A stretch of DNA of 61,569 nt, counting the filler, from Collodictyon triciliatum (taxonomy: Eukaryota), in the NCBI GenBank assembly GCA_043381765.1. It is 5 parts of 5 records of this genome, joined end to end, with 100 filler letters (N's around TTAATTAATTAA, not from the genome) between each part and the next. Parts side by side here need not be neighbours in the genome. Positions count along the whole stretch, not along the records: positions 14,224 to 28,352 come from JBHJMP010001870.1; positions 28,453 to 42,577 come from JBHJMP010001871.1; 3 more parts are not named here. One strand, written 5' to 3'. The position numbers were made by a program, and so were the translations under genes. A model generated the notes under the pieces. That model was not told the DNA's origin. It did no database searches and was given only the letters and a program-made list of their open reading frames with translations. Shown in pieces: positions 23,701 to 38,060 of the stretch (positions are counted from its first letter, which is position 1; each line of letters starts with the position of its first letter).

Positions 23701-26700
23701 TTGCGTCCAGTTGGGGGTCTATTTTGCGAAATCATTGAAGGGATTAAAATCACTGTTAACACATGATATATTGTAACGTGTTAGACTCTTGTATACATTT
23801 ATCAATATTACCTTCATCTTTCTTTAATTTCTTCTTTCCATCATCTTTTGACGGCTTGGTCTATTTATTACAATGGAATATATGATATTTTAAAAGCCTT
23901 TTTCAACAACCTCTGAAATCCTAAATAAGCGATTATTTACCGAGGACCTATAAATTTTGGACTTAGTGGTGTGTTAACAATATTCAACTAATTCAAAATT
24001 TGTTGATATTATTATTTCAGAAGAATTATTTACCCTGCCAAACCAGTTCCCGGCTTCAGCTTCTAGATTTTCATCGATTATATTGAAATGCAATTAGAAT
24101 CATCGTTGAAAAAAATTCAATTTTTTGAACTCACTGGCTCATCTGTGCTCACACCAATCTCACGGAAAGTTCGGCGCTGATTTTCGAACAATTTTGAAGC
24201 CAAAACATCATGTTCCTTGTCTCTTTCTTCCATCTTTATAAATTATCTTAGATTGTCAGTGAATTTACTTAATTATACCCAGATAGTATGTGATATACCT
24301 TTCTGGCTAGCGTCAACTGTATTTCCTTTAGTTTGTTGACCTCATGCATGTTCTCGTTTACGGCATATTGAGCTGTGTTAAATTTAGACATAAGATAATT
24401 TTATAGTGGAAAATCTAAATGTGTTTAATTAAACCGATTTTTTTTTTCAAGTACCTTGGCTAAGCTTCTTGGACATTGTTTTAACAGTGAAATCAAACTT
24501 CTCAATACTTTTCAGCATGACTTGAGGTAAACATAAATTATATCATTATTTTTTTCAAAATAATAAATGAGACTACATTTTAAGTAATATACCATTTGCA
24601 GCCTCTTCATCAGATATATTTCTGTAATCTATGGATGCGATGAAATATTTATCATACATCGATTCAAAATGCATTAAATAAAAGTGCAAAACATCATCCG
24701 GGTTCTGACATTACCCATCACAGCAGCCTTGATCATAGTCCGTAAGTTTTGGGATTGCTGTAGTGGTTTATGTACATTTTTGGCCGTTTATTTCCAATAA
24801 TAGTTTAAAATTCAACGGCTGCCAAAACATTAATAGTTGCAAATTAATTAAAATGTTACATTTTCTTCATGGTCTGTACTTGATGCTGCGGTAGAAGCTC
24901 CTTTAGAATTTCGATTGTCGTCAAATATCTCCACAGATTGAAGAGTCCCCATCGTGTTATCTAGCTATATCGAAATAAAATGTTCGAAATAAAAAAAGGA
25001 CATAAAATTGTTAGTGCAATCTTAGTTCTCACTCTAAAATATGCTATTTTACAAGAAAATTGTCTTAATATGCACATAAGTACCTTTTCTAGGATAATCT
25101 TGTCAAGTTGTTTTCTTTTTTGGGTTTCAAGTTCCTCCAAAGTTGGGCCTGCTCTCTTTTTTTCTTCTTTAATACCTCTGGAAATAAAATTTGATTTGAA
25201 AATAACACCTTTTTGAAGATAATTATGGTTTCATTTTTTATGTATGAAATAAATAAATGAAAAACAAAATCTGGCAGAACATGTACATTAATGGCATTTC
25301 TGATAAGCTCCTAGAATTTTGACGATGGGAATTTATGGAGACTCCGCAATTCGGACAGATTTGAGATCTTTCCATATACCCAATATCGCTTTCTTCTCCC
25401 TAAGGTCGGAGTTAGTTATCATACAATAATTGTAATTATAATCAAATGCAGCATCGCTTGAATTCAAAGATAAATAATGGGAACATCAGAATTCTCATCC
25501 GAAGTCCTTTGATGCTCGGAGGCGAAAATGAGGTACTCGTCATTGGACTGGTCTTGATCGACAACAACCTAATTATATACGTTCAGAATGGCTGTTGTGA
25601 GAGCACTAAGAATTGGGGAAATAACTCTTTTCTCTGATTTCTCTTTCATCCTTTCAATCATAGTGGTTTTATCTGCCAAGCTTGTCTGAAGCTCCTGTAT
25701 CCTGGATAATTGTATCAAAATCCCAATAAATAAAGAAATCGAATATTAATTAACGAAGAAAAATATTTGTAAAAAAACAAACTTGGAACGAAGTGCAGAT
25801 GACTCGTACTCAAGTTTTCGGACGTAAGTAGTATTCTTTGAAATACTGTCTGTATTTTGGCGAGGGTTTTTTTTACAAAAAAAAAAGGTCAAATGATTAT
25901 TTGTTGATCGCTCTTGTCTTACTCTATGAATAATTTGCCTTACCCTTGAGTTTGTCTACTTGGTCCCAAACAGGGTCTTCCTTGAGATATTTGAATATTA
26001 TAAAGAGATTTGATACCCTTTCTTCTAACCTAAAGAAAATGTTTTTATAAAGTGGAGATGAAACGAACATGTTGAATCACTCTTAATTTTTTTAGATTTT
26101 ATATGCAAACCTTCGATTCAAAGACATTGTTTCTTCTTGGGATTTCTTCATCTCCTGATACTTTTTATCAAACTCGCTTTTTGCTGTTTAAAACAGATAA
26201 TATATGTGAATATATATGCAATAATTTTGTAGGGTTATGTCGGTCAGAGAAGAATCTCGCATACCATGGTGAAGCATCAACCGATACTGGGATTCTAGGT
26301 TTGCGATTTCAGTGATTTTTTCATCATGCATTCTGGGAAATAATCTATCATGAGTAAAAAAAAAATAAACATAACATTTCCTCTAAAGTCAATATAATAT
26401 ATGCTTAAAATTTCCAAACAGCTTAGTCTTTTGTATGGCTGCGGATATTTCCTTTTGCGCATCCTGGAGTTGTCCGGACAAATCCGTGTGATTGCTTCGA
26501 AGGGACACAAATAATTGAGCATATTTCTAACAAAAACAGAAGCATTAGGTTGATTTTGACGAAACTAACATACATGGATATTATATTGACCAACAAAACA
26601 TCCCACCTGTCTGAGTTTTTGGAAAAGACCTCCAAGCTCGTAGCAAATGACTGCTGACTGAGGCATGAAATTGAAAGAAAGTGAACATTTTTGTTTATAA

Positions 26701-28035
26701 TATGCATCGAAATTAGCATGAGTACATAATAAAGTTTTTAAGAGAAATACACCATTTGTGCAGCTTCTCCATAAACTAGGTCAATACACGCTTGGTCATA
26801 AGCAGCCTTCTCAGGAGCTGATGTGGACTATTGTATCATGGGAATTTTCTGGCATAAGAACCTACTATAAAATCTCACACGCTCTAGTCGGCAACTTTAT
26901 GTGAATGATAGTTTTAAACCTGAGGGCACATATCTAATAACTCATTGAGACGCTTTTCCAGAGTCAAAACATCTTGCCGTTGAACAGGCAAATCAGCCAT
27001 GCGTGGGAAAGTATGTTGCCAAGTGTTTCCTGATGCATTTAGAGTTATTAAAACCTTTGATACTTGTGTAGAATACTTCTTTTGTAGCAGTTGGCGATAC
27101 TCTTTGAATTGTTGCTTGTGAAATACCCTTGAATCTGACAGCATAATGGCCGTGCGTTTCAGGTCCTAATGTAGGAGGCATGGAATGGTCTAGGGGATTC
27201 CTTTTCTCAGAGTCACTTTGTACCGTGATTACAAAAAAAAAAAAAGAAAAAAAGAAAAAAAGGGACATTAATTTTTATTGTGATAAAAAAATATGAATTG
27301 AGTTAATGGGTTTAAAAAATTCTAGATGGATAGCGGCTACAATCCCAAATTATTTTCTCAATGTTATTAAAATGCGTCACATTTCTCTTTATAATTCTAC
27401 TTTGACTGGTTCTTGTGACGCACTTATATATCTTTCCTGTACATCAGTAATCCGAAGAAAAATAGTCCAATAAGGATAAAAAAAATAATTACGAAATAGG
27501 AGATGACGAGCGGAAAAGAGTGGGAGATGCACGATAGACCGGGCGCAATGTCATTCTATCTACATTCGTAAATTCGCTTGTGTCAATCATGTTACGAAGG
27601 CCACCTTGCTCCGCTACACAGATATATGGCGCATTTTAGATATACATATAATTATGGCGAAATGATATTGTCTCATTGAACTGTTTAGCCTGTAAAAAAA
27701 TAATGAGATCAGAGCTGTGATCATTCAATTCATATTTAGCTAAGATTAATTTCGCATTCCAGAATTTTAGAAAATTGAGGAACACTCATTAATAAATAAA
27801 AAAAAATGACAATAAACAAATAAATCATTCATATTATTAAAATGAAGTAAATAGAAAAAATAGATGATGCAAATAAAATCCATTGTCAGGCTTTGTAGAT
27901 GAATTTACCAAAGCCAAGAACGCTGCTCGCTCGCACAGATGTATCTGTCAACTTTGTTCTGGACTCATCTGCCAATTTGTTTTGCCCTGTTGTATTGTCC
28001 GCCCTCTCAGTCTTACTTTGAAGGGGTAAGGACAT
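20799..28035 (-). CDS. Large multi-exon (~30 exons) protein: axonemal dynein light chain-like (p28/AXDND1) domain, coiled coil, TSNAXIP1-like / EF-hand-like C-terminal region
   Basis: Spliced manually in frame from ~27165 to the stop at 20799: PVQRQDVLTLEKRLNELL...DQACIDLVYGEAAQMSAVICYELGGLFQKLRQKY; HWTLNCIQCIYNDK...FPEFVYEWFGKK. 5' exons and start (MSLPLQSK at 28035) are less certain. Confidence 0.75.
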
Positions 28036-28352
28036 CTTCAAAGAGACAAAAAAAAAACTTTTAAAAGAAAACACAAAGCGCATATTTTATTTAATTATTT
28101 ACTAATCATTATAACGAGTATTTTTTTTTTTGTTCTGTGATAGTATTTTATTCAATATAGTTAGAATAAAGTGTATCAGTTATATATACATATTAGATAT
28201 TTGGATTATGAGAGGATTTGCTTGTAAGTAGTAAGAAGCGTGGAAACCCTCCATCATGTGCAATTTAGTACAGAGGCGGAGAAGGCCACGGAGAGCTGCC
28301 TGTCTGGGTATGTTTGCTGCCTGATACCGCACAAGAAGGTTTTCTTTCTCAT

Positions 28353-28452
28353 NNNNNNNNNNNNNNNNNNNNNNNNNNNNNNNNNNNNNNNNNNNNTTAA
28401 TTAATTAANNNNNNNNNNNNNNNNNNNNNNNNNNNNNNNNNNNNNNNNNNNN
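28353..28452. other. Artificial contig spacer
   Basis: N44-TTAATTAATTAA-N44. Confidence 0.97.
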
Positions 28453-28890
28453 GTCTGCAGACTTTATAGAGTCCTTCCTTGTGCCAAAGTCACGACGCAA
28501 AAAAATAAATAATTATAATTATACGAAAATAAAATAACAACAATAAAATAACAACAATAAAATAACAACAATAAAATAACAACAATAAAATAACAACAAT
28601 AAAATAACAACAATAAAATAACAACAATAAAATACAACAACAAAATATTATTAAAAAAATTAAAAAAAAACTAGAGCCATCTTCATCAAGGCCAAGAAAA
28701 CGCAAAGGTTCTTCTCGATCCTGTGTATCCCCACAGACCAGATGTTTGTAGGCGCGTCCAAAGTATGTGAGGGGGAGAAAGGGCGAGGGAGAAAAGCGTT
28801 GCTTTCAGTGTGGGTTGAGTGGTAGGTCGTCATCAGAGATTGGGTCTGCCACTTGTCTCTCCCTTCTCGATAAGCCTTTGTGGGATTCAT
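28453..28890 (-). CDS. Probable 5' end of an unknown gene (2 exons) running off the contig
   Basis: ...SVGIHRIEKNLC|EGLYKVCR joined in phase across an intron containing the 14-bp repeat. Confidence 0.4.
28528..28640. repeat. 14-bp tandem repeat (AAAATAACAACAAT)n
   Basis: Direct reading. Confidence 0.9.
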
Positions 28891-29519
28891 TTCAGCGCCC
28901 GCCTGCTACCAACTCTATGACTCTGATTCGCCATTCTCCTTCTTGACTTTCACCAACTATAGCAGATTAAATAGGCACATCTTCCTCACATCTGTGCAAC
29001 AAACACCCGACCGGGCTTCTCGTAGCCTTCTCCGCTTGGAAACACTGATTGTGCTTGCAAGTACTTTCTTTCTATCGCGATGACAAACGCTTTTAATGGC
29101 GAATCTTTCTTGTTGGGCGCAGACTCGATTCGCGGCTCGGAATGCAGTTTCAGCGCACACGGCCTTCTTCAACAAGAATTCTTGTTATATGCATTCCCTT
29201 TGCTTAGCCCTTTTGTTTACTGCATTCCTTTGTGTTTCGGAATCCGGAATGAAAGGTACGGTGACTTTTCTTAATAGGGAAAGGGTATTTCTGACACAAG
29301 AAAATGGGACAAGCGACTATGTAGACATTCTGCAGTGGGATGTCTGACAATTGTGAAATTCCATTTCTGGATATTATAGTTTTCTACCAAATTTGCCTTG
29401 AACAAGTGCATCTCTATTTTTTATTCCCGTTCTTTTCTCCTTTATTCAATTCGAGGGAAGGGATTTAAGTTTGTCTGGTGCATTCCTCCCTGATGTTTGT
29501 GGGATGAAAAGCAACATAA

Positions 29520-32500
29520 TCAAGCTTCCTCCAGTGCATGCGATGGGATTTGCCAATTCATCTCCCTGCCAGCCTCATATATCTGCTGTAGTTTCTCTTC
29601 AAATGTCCCATCCTTCGTGAGCTCGCAGTACTTTTGATAAAGCAGAAGAGCCTAGGTGAAGAGGGGTTCAAAAATATTAGAATGTGCCATTATCAAATAA
29701 CAAATTGTGTTCGTCATTGCACGTGCTTTCAAAAAAGCAGACACACACATGGATGCACTTTTTTATTTTCTTTCTATTTTCTTTTTTCCTATGAACCAAA
29801 ATACGCTTGTGATTGTTGGGTCTGGATGGAGAATTATGTTGTTCATCCAATGCACATTCTGAATGAATGGGGTTCGGTACCGTTCGCGCATCTTCAATGC
29901 TGTCATGTGTCTCTCGTTGGACAACTTCACCAAGCAAAATATACGCAAGAAATTTCAAGGACAATTTCCTAGTATTTTTTTTTTCATTTTTACTCGAAGA
30001 AAAGGAACGTCACGGAGAGATATTTTTGAATTATCGAAAACCTCTGTTATTTGTGCTTGTGATTCAAATGACTATTCAATACCTCTGTCGATTCAAATGA
30101 AATATTTCTACTGTATCGATGATTTGCTCTGGTGGGACATATATGCCTAAAAGAAAACAACAGAAGAAAAAAATAGAGTGGTTTCATAGCTGTTGAATGA
30201 AACTAAGAATTACAGATGGTCAACTATATATTTTTCTGTTTTTACTTAATGGACACTTCAAGAATGTAAGGGGAACTTTATCTGCATTAGAGGTAAACAA
30301 AGGAAAAATTGCTGACCCAAAATCCTGAAATCTTGGGCTAATCCGTGTCCAATAAACCGCACACCATTATCAACCAGAAAACGAATCTTCAAATATGATG
30401 CCTGTTACAAAAGAAATATAATGAGTACAAAAAAAAAAGTAAGTATAAAAAAATGGTGTGTGGTAAATTATCTCCTCTTGACGAGTATCATCATTATGTC
30501 AATACACCAGCATAAAATTTCACAGTATTTATATTAAAGCTAAAGAAAAGGGAATGCTACTTTCAGAGTAGTAATATGGCGATACGAAGAGGCCGGGTCG
30601 AGGTCGCCTGGTTTCAAGCCGGAGAATTTCGTCAAGTAATCAACAACCTCCTCTGACGTATGAATGTAGTCATCCACCATAGAAACCTATTTACCCCAAG
30701 GTTTTTTTTTTTAAAAAAAAAAAACAAGTATAAATACAAAGTCATAATGAATTTGCCATCGTTTTCATGGCGTTATGCTTCATATCATTTTCAAACATAC
30801 GCCGGTCATAGGACCAGATGCACGCACAATACTGACACGACCAAGTCCCTTTTATTTCAAATCATTTTCAGGTCAATACAGGGGGAAAACATTGTAGCAA
30901 TCAAAACAAACGTTCACAACTTTTGCTAAAACTTACATTTTATAATTTCAAATGAACGGCGACTTTTTAATTCATCCTATTCATTTCTACGCAATAAATA
31001 CGGACATTTACCTGTCTTCTGGGCTTTGTGATGATTGTGTTTCCGCCTTTATCGATTTCAACCTCTTCCTAGATTATACACCTTTTAGTTGATTATGAAA
31101 GAGTTGAATTATGAAAATATGCCATAAAATCATCATTTCTTCAGGTTGTGATAATAATTAATCATAACAAATAAAAAGAACCTCGCTGAGTGCAACAAAT
31201 TCTGCGTCGAGAGCAACGATGGACCCGTCAAGAGGGAGTTCAGTTGGCTTTAAACATTCACAGAATATTTTTTTAAATATTATTTCAAATAAAGAGTGCA
31301 AAAAATTTATACCAAAAAACAATATAAGGAGCATCTACTTGGAGAGGGGTAAAGCTCAAAGGCGTCTCAGTATGTCTATTATTACACCGACCAATTAACA
31401 AACGGCAGCATTGAATCCAACTCTGATGCTTTTAAGCATTTTCACTGAATGAAAATTCTAGTCATATTATTCATAGCATATACTTACTTTGACAGAGAGG
31501 TTGGATTCAATAAAGGATTCGCATTTATGTGCGAGATTGGGTCGGGGATAGGAACACTATTTTCGAATGTTGTGCGGTGATACATCAAAATACAAGGTAT
31601 CTAAAAAATGATGACAAATAGAATCCTTTAGAGTTTTAATTTCTACATTACACTCCAGTAGTTTGATTTGACCCAAAGAAACCTTCCAATTGCAAGAAAA
31701 GTCCATAACTTCTTCCTCTGAAACGGAACATATAGTGAAATCATTGAACAAATACCTAAAAAAAAACACATACAATATAGAATAAAGCAAAGTAAATACA
31801 AAAATCATCCTCTTGAGAATGACATATTTTGCCAATCATCTCCACTTTGAGCATCATCTATGTTTGAATTTTTTTTTTCTCCTTCCTACCATCCTTTCAT
31901 AGAGTTCCCAGGGCCTTCTGGAGCGTAAATATCAGGAACTGAAATATGAAAAGTTTATTCTCACTTTTTTGAGTGTAAAAATTAAAAGACAGATGCATAA
32001 TCAATCAATGCAGCCTCACCTTTTATGAATGAGATTATATGACCATGCCTTGTCGTGTCTAGTTTTTGGGAATCAATAACATAACACACAACGGCCTATT
32101 TTTAAATTAGAAATATATGAACCAACCAACCAGACAAAAAAAAAGACATATTTTAAAAAGATAATCAGAAGTTCAAATAAAATTCAAAGTAATGTTTAAA
32201 AAATACTTTTACTTGATTTTAGCTCTATAATTCAGAACCTGCAATACAAAAAATATATTTCTAACCTTCAGTTCATAAAAAAATGCATCAGATGACGAGG
32301 GGTCGCTATGCTCAGTGTATCTTTCCACAATGAAGCCCGGGTTTGAAGTGCTCTTTCGCATTTGAAGTCTGCCAACGATGTTTGCGTTAAAAAAAAAACG
32401 AGCTATTTAAATAAATACTGAAACCTATATACATATTATGTTTTATACATACTTTGAGCTCATCCATGGTACTTCAGCAAGTCCACATTCTTCTAATTGA

Positions 32501-35500
32501 AATCTCAACTTAAATATTGTTATGTCTGACGTAGATGAAACAAAAAGCTTTGTTTGTACGTAGCTTCATGATTTTGTGANNNNNNNNNNNNNNNNNNNNN
32601 NNNNNNNNNNNNNNNNNNNNNNNNNNNNNNNNNNNNNNNNNNNNNNNNNNNNNNNNNNNNNNNNNNNNNNNNNNNNNNNNNNNNNNNNNNNNNNNNNNNN
32701 NNNNNNNNNNNNNNNNNNNNNNNNNNNNNNNNNNNNNNNNNNNNNNNNNNNNNNNNNNNNNNNNNNNNNNNNNNNNNNNNNNNNNNNNNNNNNNNNNNNN
32801 NNNNNNNNNNNNNNNNNNNNNNNNNNNNNNNNNNNNNNNNNNNNNNNNNNNNNNNNNNNNNNNNNNNNNNNNNNNNNNNNNNNNNNNNNNNNNNNNNNNN
32901 NNNNNNNNNNNNNNNNNNNNNNNNNNNNNNNNNNNNNNNNNNNNNNNNNNNNNGGTAACCTTTCAAAATGCATGAAAATTGTCAGTTTGAGTTAGTTCCA
33001 TACATATTTTCATTTATAGCACAAAATATTGATTTAGGAGACAATTTTGACTGCATAGTATCATTATGTTGACAACAAGATATATTTCCCCTCATGCCCA
33101 AAAAGGGACACAAGTTTGAAATAAATCATCACAATATAAGCTTTTATCAGAACCTTTGAGGATATGCATGTGCTTATGAGATCTTCTAAAGTGTAAATTC
33201 TTTCTGCGTCTTTGGACAAAGATTCCTATGCATATCCATCAAAATATAAGAAGAAAAATAGCAATTAGTTCTTGTCAATTGGGATGTTATCGACAAGTAA
33301 CATCAGTTCTTGTTTCACTGTACTGCATCGCAAAAGTCGGATGACGAATGTTTTTAATTTTCATGGAAAAAAACCTTCAATATGTGCGAGTAATTTAAAG
33401 ATATCACTGTTTGCTCCATTCCAAGTTTCTGTGGCTCTTTGCATACTTTGCAAATAACATCAGCATTCAGCTAGGAGTCAAGGATGAAAACAATTCAAAA
33501 GAAGAAAAAGAAAAAGAAAAAGAAAAAGAAAAAGAAAAAGAAAAAGAAAAAGAAAAAGAAAAAGAAAAAGAAAAAGAAAAAGAAAAAGAAAAAGAAAAAA
33601 GAAAAAAGAAAAAAGAAAAAAGAAAAAAGAAAAAAGAAAAAAGAAAAAAGAAAAAAGAAAAAAGAAAAAAGAAAAAGAAAAAGAAAAAAAGAAAAGAAAA
33701 AGAAAAATGTATTTCAAATTAATGGATCAAACTTTTCACTAGACTGTTGTTCATAATTCATGTATAAAATCAGTTTTTAGGCTCTATTTTTGACTCACAT
33801 TCAACCCAAAACATTCTTGGATAATGCGAGCAGACCTTCTGTCCTCACGATTAAAACTTGGTATTGTTGCATGACTCTTGGTTGTTTCCAGAGAGTAGCG
33901 ACTTAGTTCCTTTTGCAACTGTCTCAGTATGAACACATTAAATTCTTCGATAAGTCTTTGGTACGACAGGTGCATGTTGTATGGAGAGACCTCAACAATA
34001 CCGATTTGTGATGCTGTCAAAGTAGTAAATATATTCTTAATGATAGTGATAGTGGTGATGATAGCGAAAAGGTCATTGCCTTGTATAATAAAAGTAAGGT
34101 TTCTTTTGATAAAATATAGTTGCTCAAGTGATGTATAAATACCTTCTTTCAGGTGAGATAGAGCCCTAAGAAAATTCCTGGATTGGCAATTTCGACTACA
34201 TGCACCGTTAAGAGTATCTTGTCGATTCGAAAGAAGAGAAAAAAGAAGGCATATCGGATGAAAGAAAACCAAACAAAAATCAAACTGATATTAAGATGCC
34301 AAATGAGTCTAGAATGACATGGAATTTGATAGGTTTGGTACAACAAACATACGAAATAGGAAACCCAGTTCACAAGCAAGACAGTATTCTTCTTCGCATA
34401 TATGATTTATCATCGACTGGCGAATGGCAGGTATAAAATACAGCACTTGAATAAAGGCATTTGTGTAATGATTTGGAAGCGAATTTTCCAATCCACCGAA
34501 CGTGGTTTTGTTGAAAATGCTTTAATATTTGAGAGTGAATAACAATCGCGAAATAGATGCTATTGAAACTATTTTTTTTTTTACTCAATGTCACCTTTAA
34601 TAGCGTAGTGGTATACTGAGAGAATGTTTTATTGAATGATCAAATTATTCATATATATTAAAAACCAAATCAAATTCAAAAAAGCTACGTACCTAAAATC
34701 AAAGTTTTCGATTCCTAATTTTGACCATTTTATTTCTTGAAATTGGTATTTTTTAGGGGGCTTATTTGGCTGTAAAAAAGCAATACGCTCGTTGCTCTGC
34801 TTGAGAATAGTATTTTTAAATTAATGTTAAGATGAAATACCAGTCTATTGTTCATGTTGAATGCAAGGGAATTCTATTAAGCCTAATCGATAAGTTTATT
34901 GCGCATACACATATGAAGGTTCATAATTCACAAACTTTTTTTCTGCGATACGCAAAGTCCGAGAATAATATAGTGATTTTGTCTTTTGGTGGATTCGGAA
35001 TTATTTGATTTCTCCTTTTTTTTTATTTCAAGGATACACCCATTCGATAAGTGATGAATATTATATGCATTATATTAATGAAAAATTGTTACCAGATCAA
35101 AGTTTAGATGAATATGTGGTTACTTGAATATTTTTGGATTGCTAATTTTGCCAACGTTGTTAATCTGCTTCATTTTTAAAAGAAGATTCTGTTTTCCAGT
35201 TTGATTAATTTTTTTTGTTTTTTGGGCTTCTGACTGACCACATATTCACGGAATATGATAAAAAAAAATATAATCCTTACTGGGTCGAGTATAGGAGGCT
35301 TTCGAATAAGTCCCGGGTCGCGTGCCAGGGCGTAGTCAGAAAGAAGGGGGTCTGGCAATTTTGGCAGCATCACGGCTGATAGTGGGCTAATATACACACA
35401 ATAATTTCGACAAATAAATGAATAATATGATGCATTTGAAAAAAGTAAAACAAAAAAGGACGAAAAGAGAAGAACAATTTTCCAAATGATTTCTCTTCTC

Positions 35501-37984
35501 ATAATAGCCCTATTAAAATCGAATGCAACTATCACGAATTAAAGTCCATTTTGATCTGGGATTCTGTGAGTTGGTGAGAAACATTCCTCAAATCTGCCAA
35601 CCCAACTTGAAAAGAATTGACAAGAAAATCCTGTCGGTCGGCCAATATTTGCACGGACCTGCGGTGTAACGTGAAGAATATAAAGTTGAAAAAATCGTCA
35701 CCATTTACAATACTTACCTTTAAGAGCGGTATTTAAAGATGTCGATACGTAACATATAACACTCACCCAATATTACTTCCTACTCCCATGCAATGACCAG
35801 TGGAAGAGACACAAAAAATAGTGGGATATTCAGTTTCATTTACATCAACCTATTCAAATGTACGCGGGGAATTAATAACTTAAGATCTTGTGCATTTAAA
35901 TTGCAACAGCATAATCATCGAAGATAGAAAAAAAGGAAACCAGTATATCATCTTGAATTATTGGTTGTGCTCCTTGAATATCAATAAATTGAATATTGCC
36001 CTGTCCTCCAAGGGCCAGCGCAACCGCGGAGTATGTAGAATGAAACTAGAACACAGTTAAATGTAAATAGCAATCGCAATACAATCAGGTTAAAATTCAT
36101 ATAAGTTAAATACACTAATCGTTTCACTAAAAAAATTTTTTAAAAAAATAGGTATGATAATAATATTTACTTTGACCGAAACGCAACCTCCAGGATATTC
36201 ATATTCGTACAGAATTCGATTCATGCGAGCATCAATAAAACTGATTTGGTCATCAGGAATCAGCCCATCATAGCCACTAACACAAGTACCGAAATAACAG
36301 AATTCAGTTATATATTATATCCAACACATAACGATAGGGGTGATTTCATCACAGCGATTTACCCCATACACAGAAAATTTTATTTTGAATCATCAAATAA
36401 TGGCGTTTTTACACAATTGAAGTGGGTAGTGCCTTCAAGAATATGATGTGAATTCCATCTGTGTTTTTTTTTTTAAAAAAAAATACTTAGTTACAAATCC
36501 AGATGCAGCTATCAAATCTCCTCGCACGGCTACATTTTGTATATTAGCATGTCTAATAAACATCTGCGAAGCCTTGGATTCCACACGGGGGTCATAAAAT
36601 CGCATGCAACCATCTTCACACCCAGCGACGATGAATCTGTGAGATTTATTCACTGAGGCAACGCCGCATTCCACAAATATCTATATCGAATAGAAATCAC
36701 ACCGCCTGATTTAGTGCGTAAACAATGCCATCAGTGGCAAATATCCGATCATAATCTCGTGATTTATTTATCCTGGGGAACAAAATTGAAGAAATCATCA
36801 TTAAAAAAAAACATAGACATACTTCTCTTGGGGATGACATCGTCGACAAGTCCAATTCAGTGATGCTTCTTCGAGCCAGACCAGATAGGAGGATTCTCAT
36901 TCCTTGACCTTGGGAGAGACATGCATCTTGGACATTGTATATTTTGTCGGAGCTAGAAAATGTTCGCAGTATGATTTCAACCGTGGATTGATGCATTAAA
37001 ATGGATAATAAAAAAAAATATTCACGCGTAGGAATCAGTGATTGTAAAAAGCATAGTTTTTTTTTTGTATTTATGATGATATGAACGTTACGGCAAAGAG
37101 ATATTATAAAATAATACGAAAATGTCTGAAGGCGCAACCCGCCTCGAGAAAACATTCGCATTTCGTTTGGGGAAAGGCTGAGAATTCCGTCTTCCATAGG
37201 AAATATTTTCACAATACTTTCTGAGTGAGCCTGGACTGAGCAATACTTTATCGACGTGTTTGGAATTATGGAAGAGAGTCTCCCCTAACAATATATGGTA
37301 CTGAAGAATAAGCATATGTCGATTCATAGTACAGATAAAAAAAAACTGTAAATAAAGTATGCCACGAATAACCAAAGTTCAATAAAAAAATAAAAAAATA
37401 TTGTTATTATTGGACCTTAATTTGGTGGCAGAAACACTCTTAAGAAAATGCACCAGATATTTAATATAAACAAATATATGTAAGATGAAAGATGATGATG
37501 CCTAATATTTTGAAGAGAAGTAGAGGTGCACATACCGAATTAGAACCGCACCATAACAACTCTTCGGTGGAGTCAAAGGACATTGCAGTGACTTCAAATC
37601 CGTCCACAAACTGAGACCCTACCAAAGACCAGTCCGAGCCAGGATACAACGCAGACGAATCTGCAGCCCATGCATCGTATCCATCGAAGGGATTCGAGTC
37701 AACCAGAGGCGGTGCATTGGAATTACGCGAGCGAACAAAGGGATCAGCGAAGAACTGGACAGGTACAAGATAAAGTTTCTTGTGACTCAAAGCAGTGATA
37801 TATATATATAAGCAAAAACTAACAAGAAAACAAGAAAAAAAAAACGGAAAAACGTGAAGGCTTTCTTTGCGTAGATGCCGCTGCCATACCGAACGATTAA
37901 AACACAAACCTGGCTCTGCTGAGTGTAGTTTTGGCTCCGTGGGTGGCTGCTTCGAGGCGGAACTGCGGTTTGTTTTCGACTCAT
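29520..37984 (-). CDS. PAN2: PAN2 poly(A) nuclease catalytic subunit (WD40, pseudo-UCH, DEDDh exonuclease), multi-exon
   Basis: [100 protein letters not shown]. Stop TGA at 29520-29522; start codon tentative. Confidence 0.95.
32580..32953. other. Intra-scaffold N gap inside PAN2
   Basis: N run. Confidence 0.95.
33497..33707. repeat. (GAAAAA)n intronic microsatellite
   Basis: Direct reading; lies in a PAN2 intron. Confidence 0.93.
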
Positions 37985-38060
37985 GGATTCTCTGACTGTG
38001 TTTTTTCTCCTCTCTGCTTCACAATACTCTGCGATCCCAGGCAAGGTGTTATTAACCTGC

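Noticed and set aside
33411-33756. Lys/Glu-rich and Phe-rich ORFs (also 37983-38712, 13951-14400)
   Set aside because: Simple-sequence repeats in introns or flanks.
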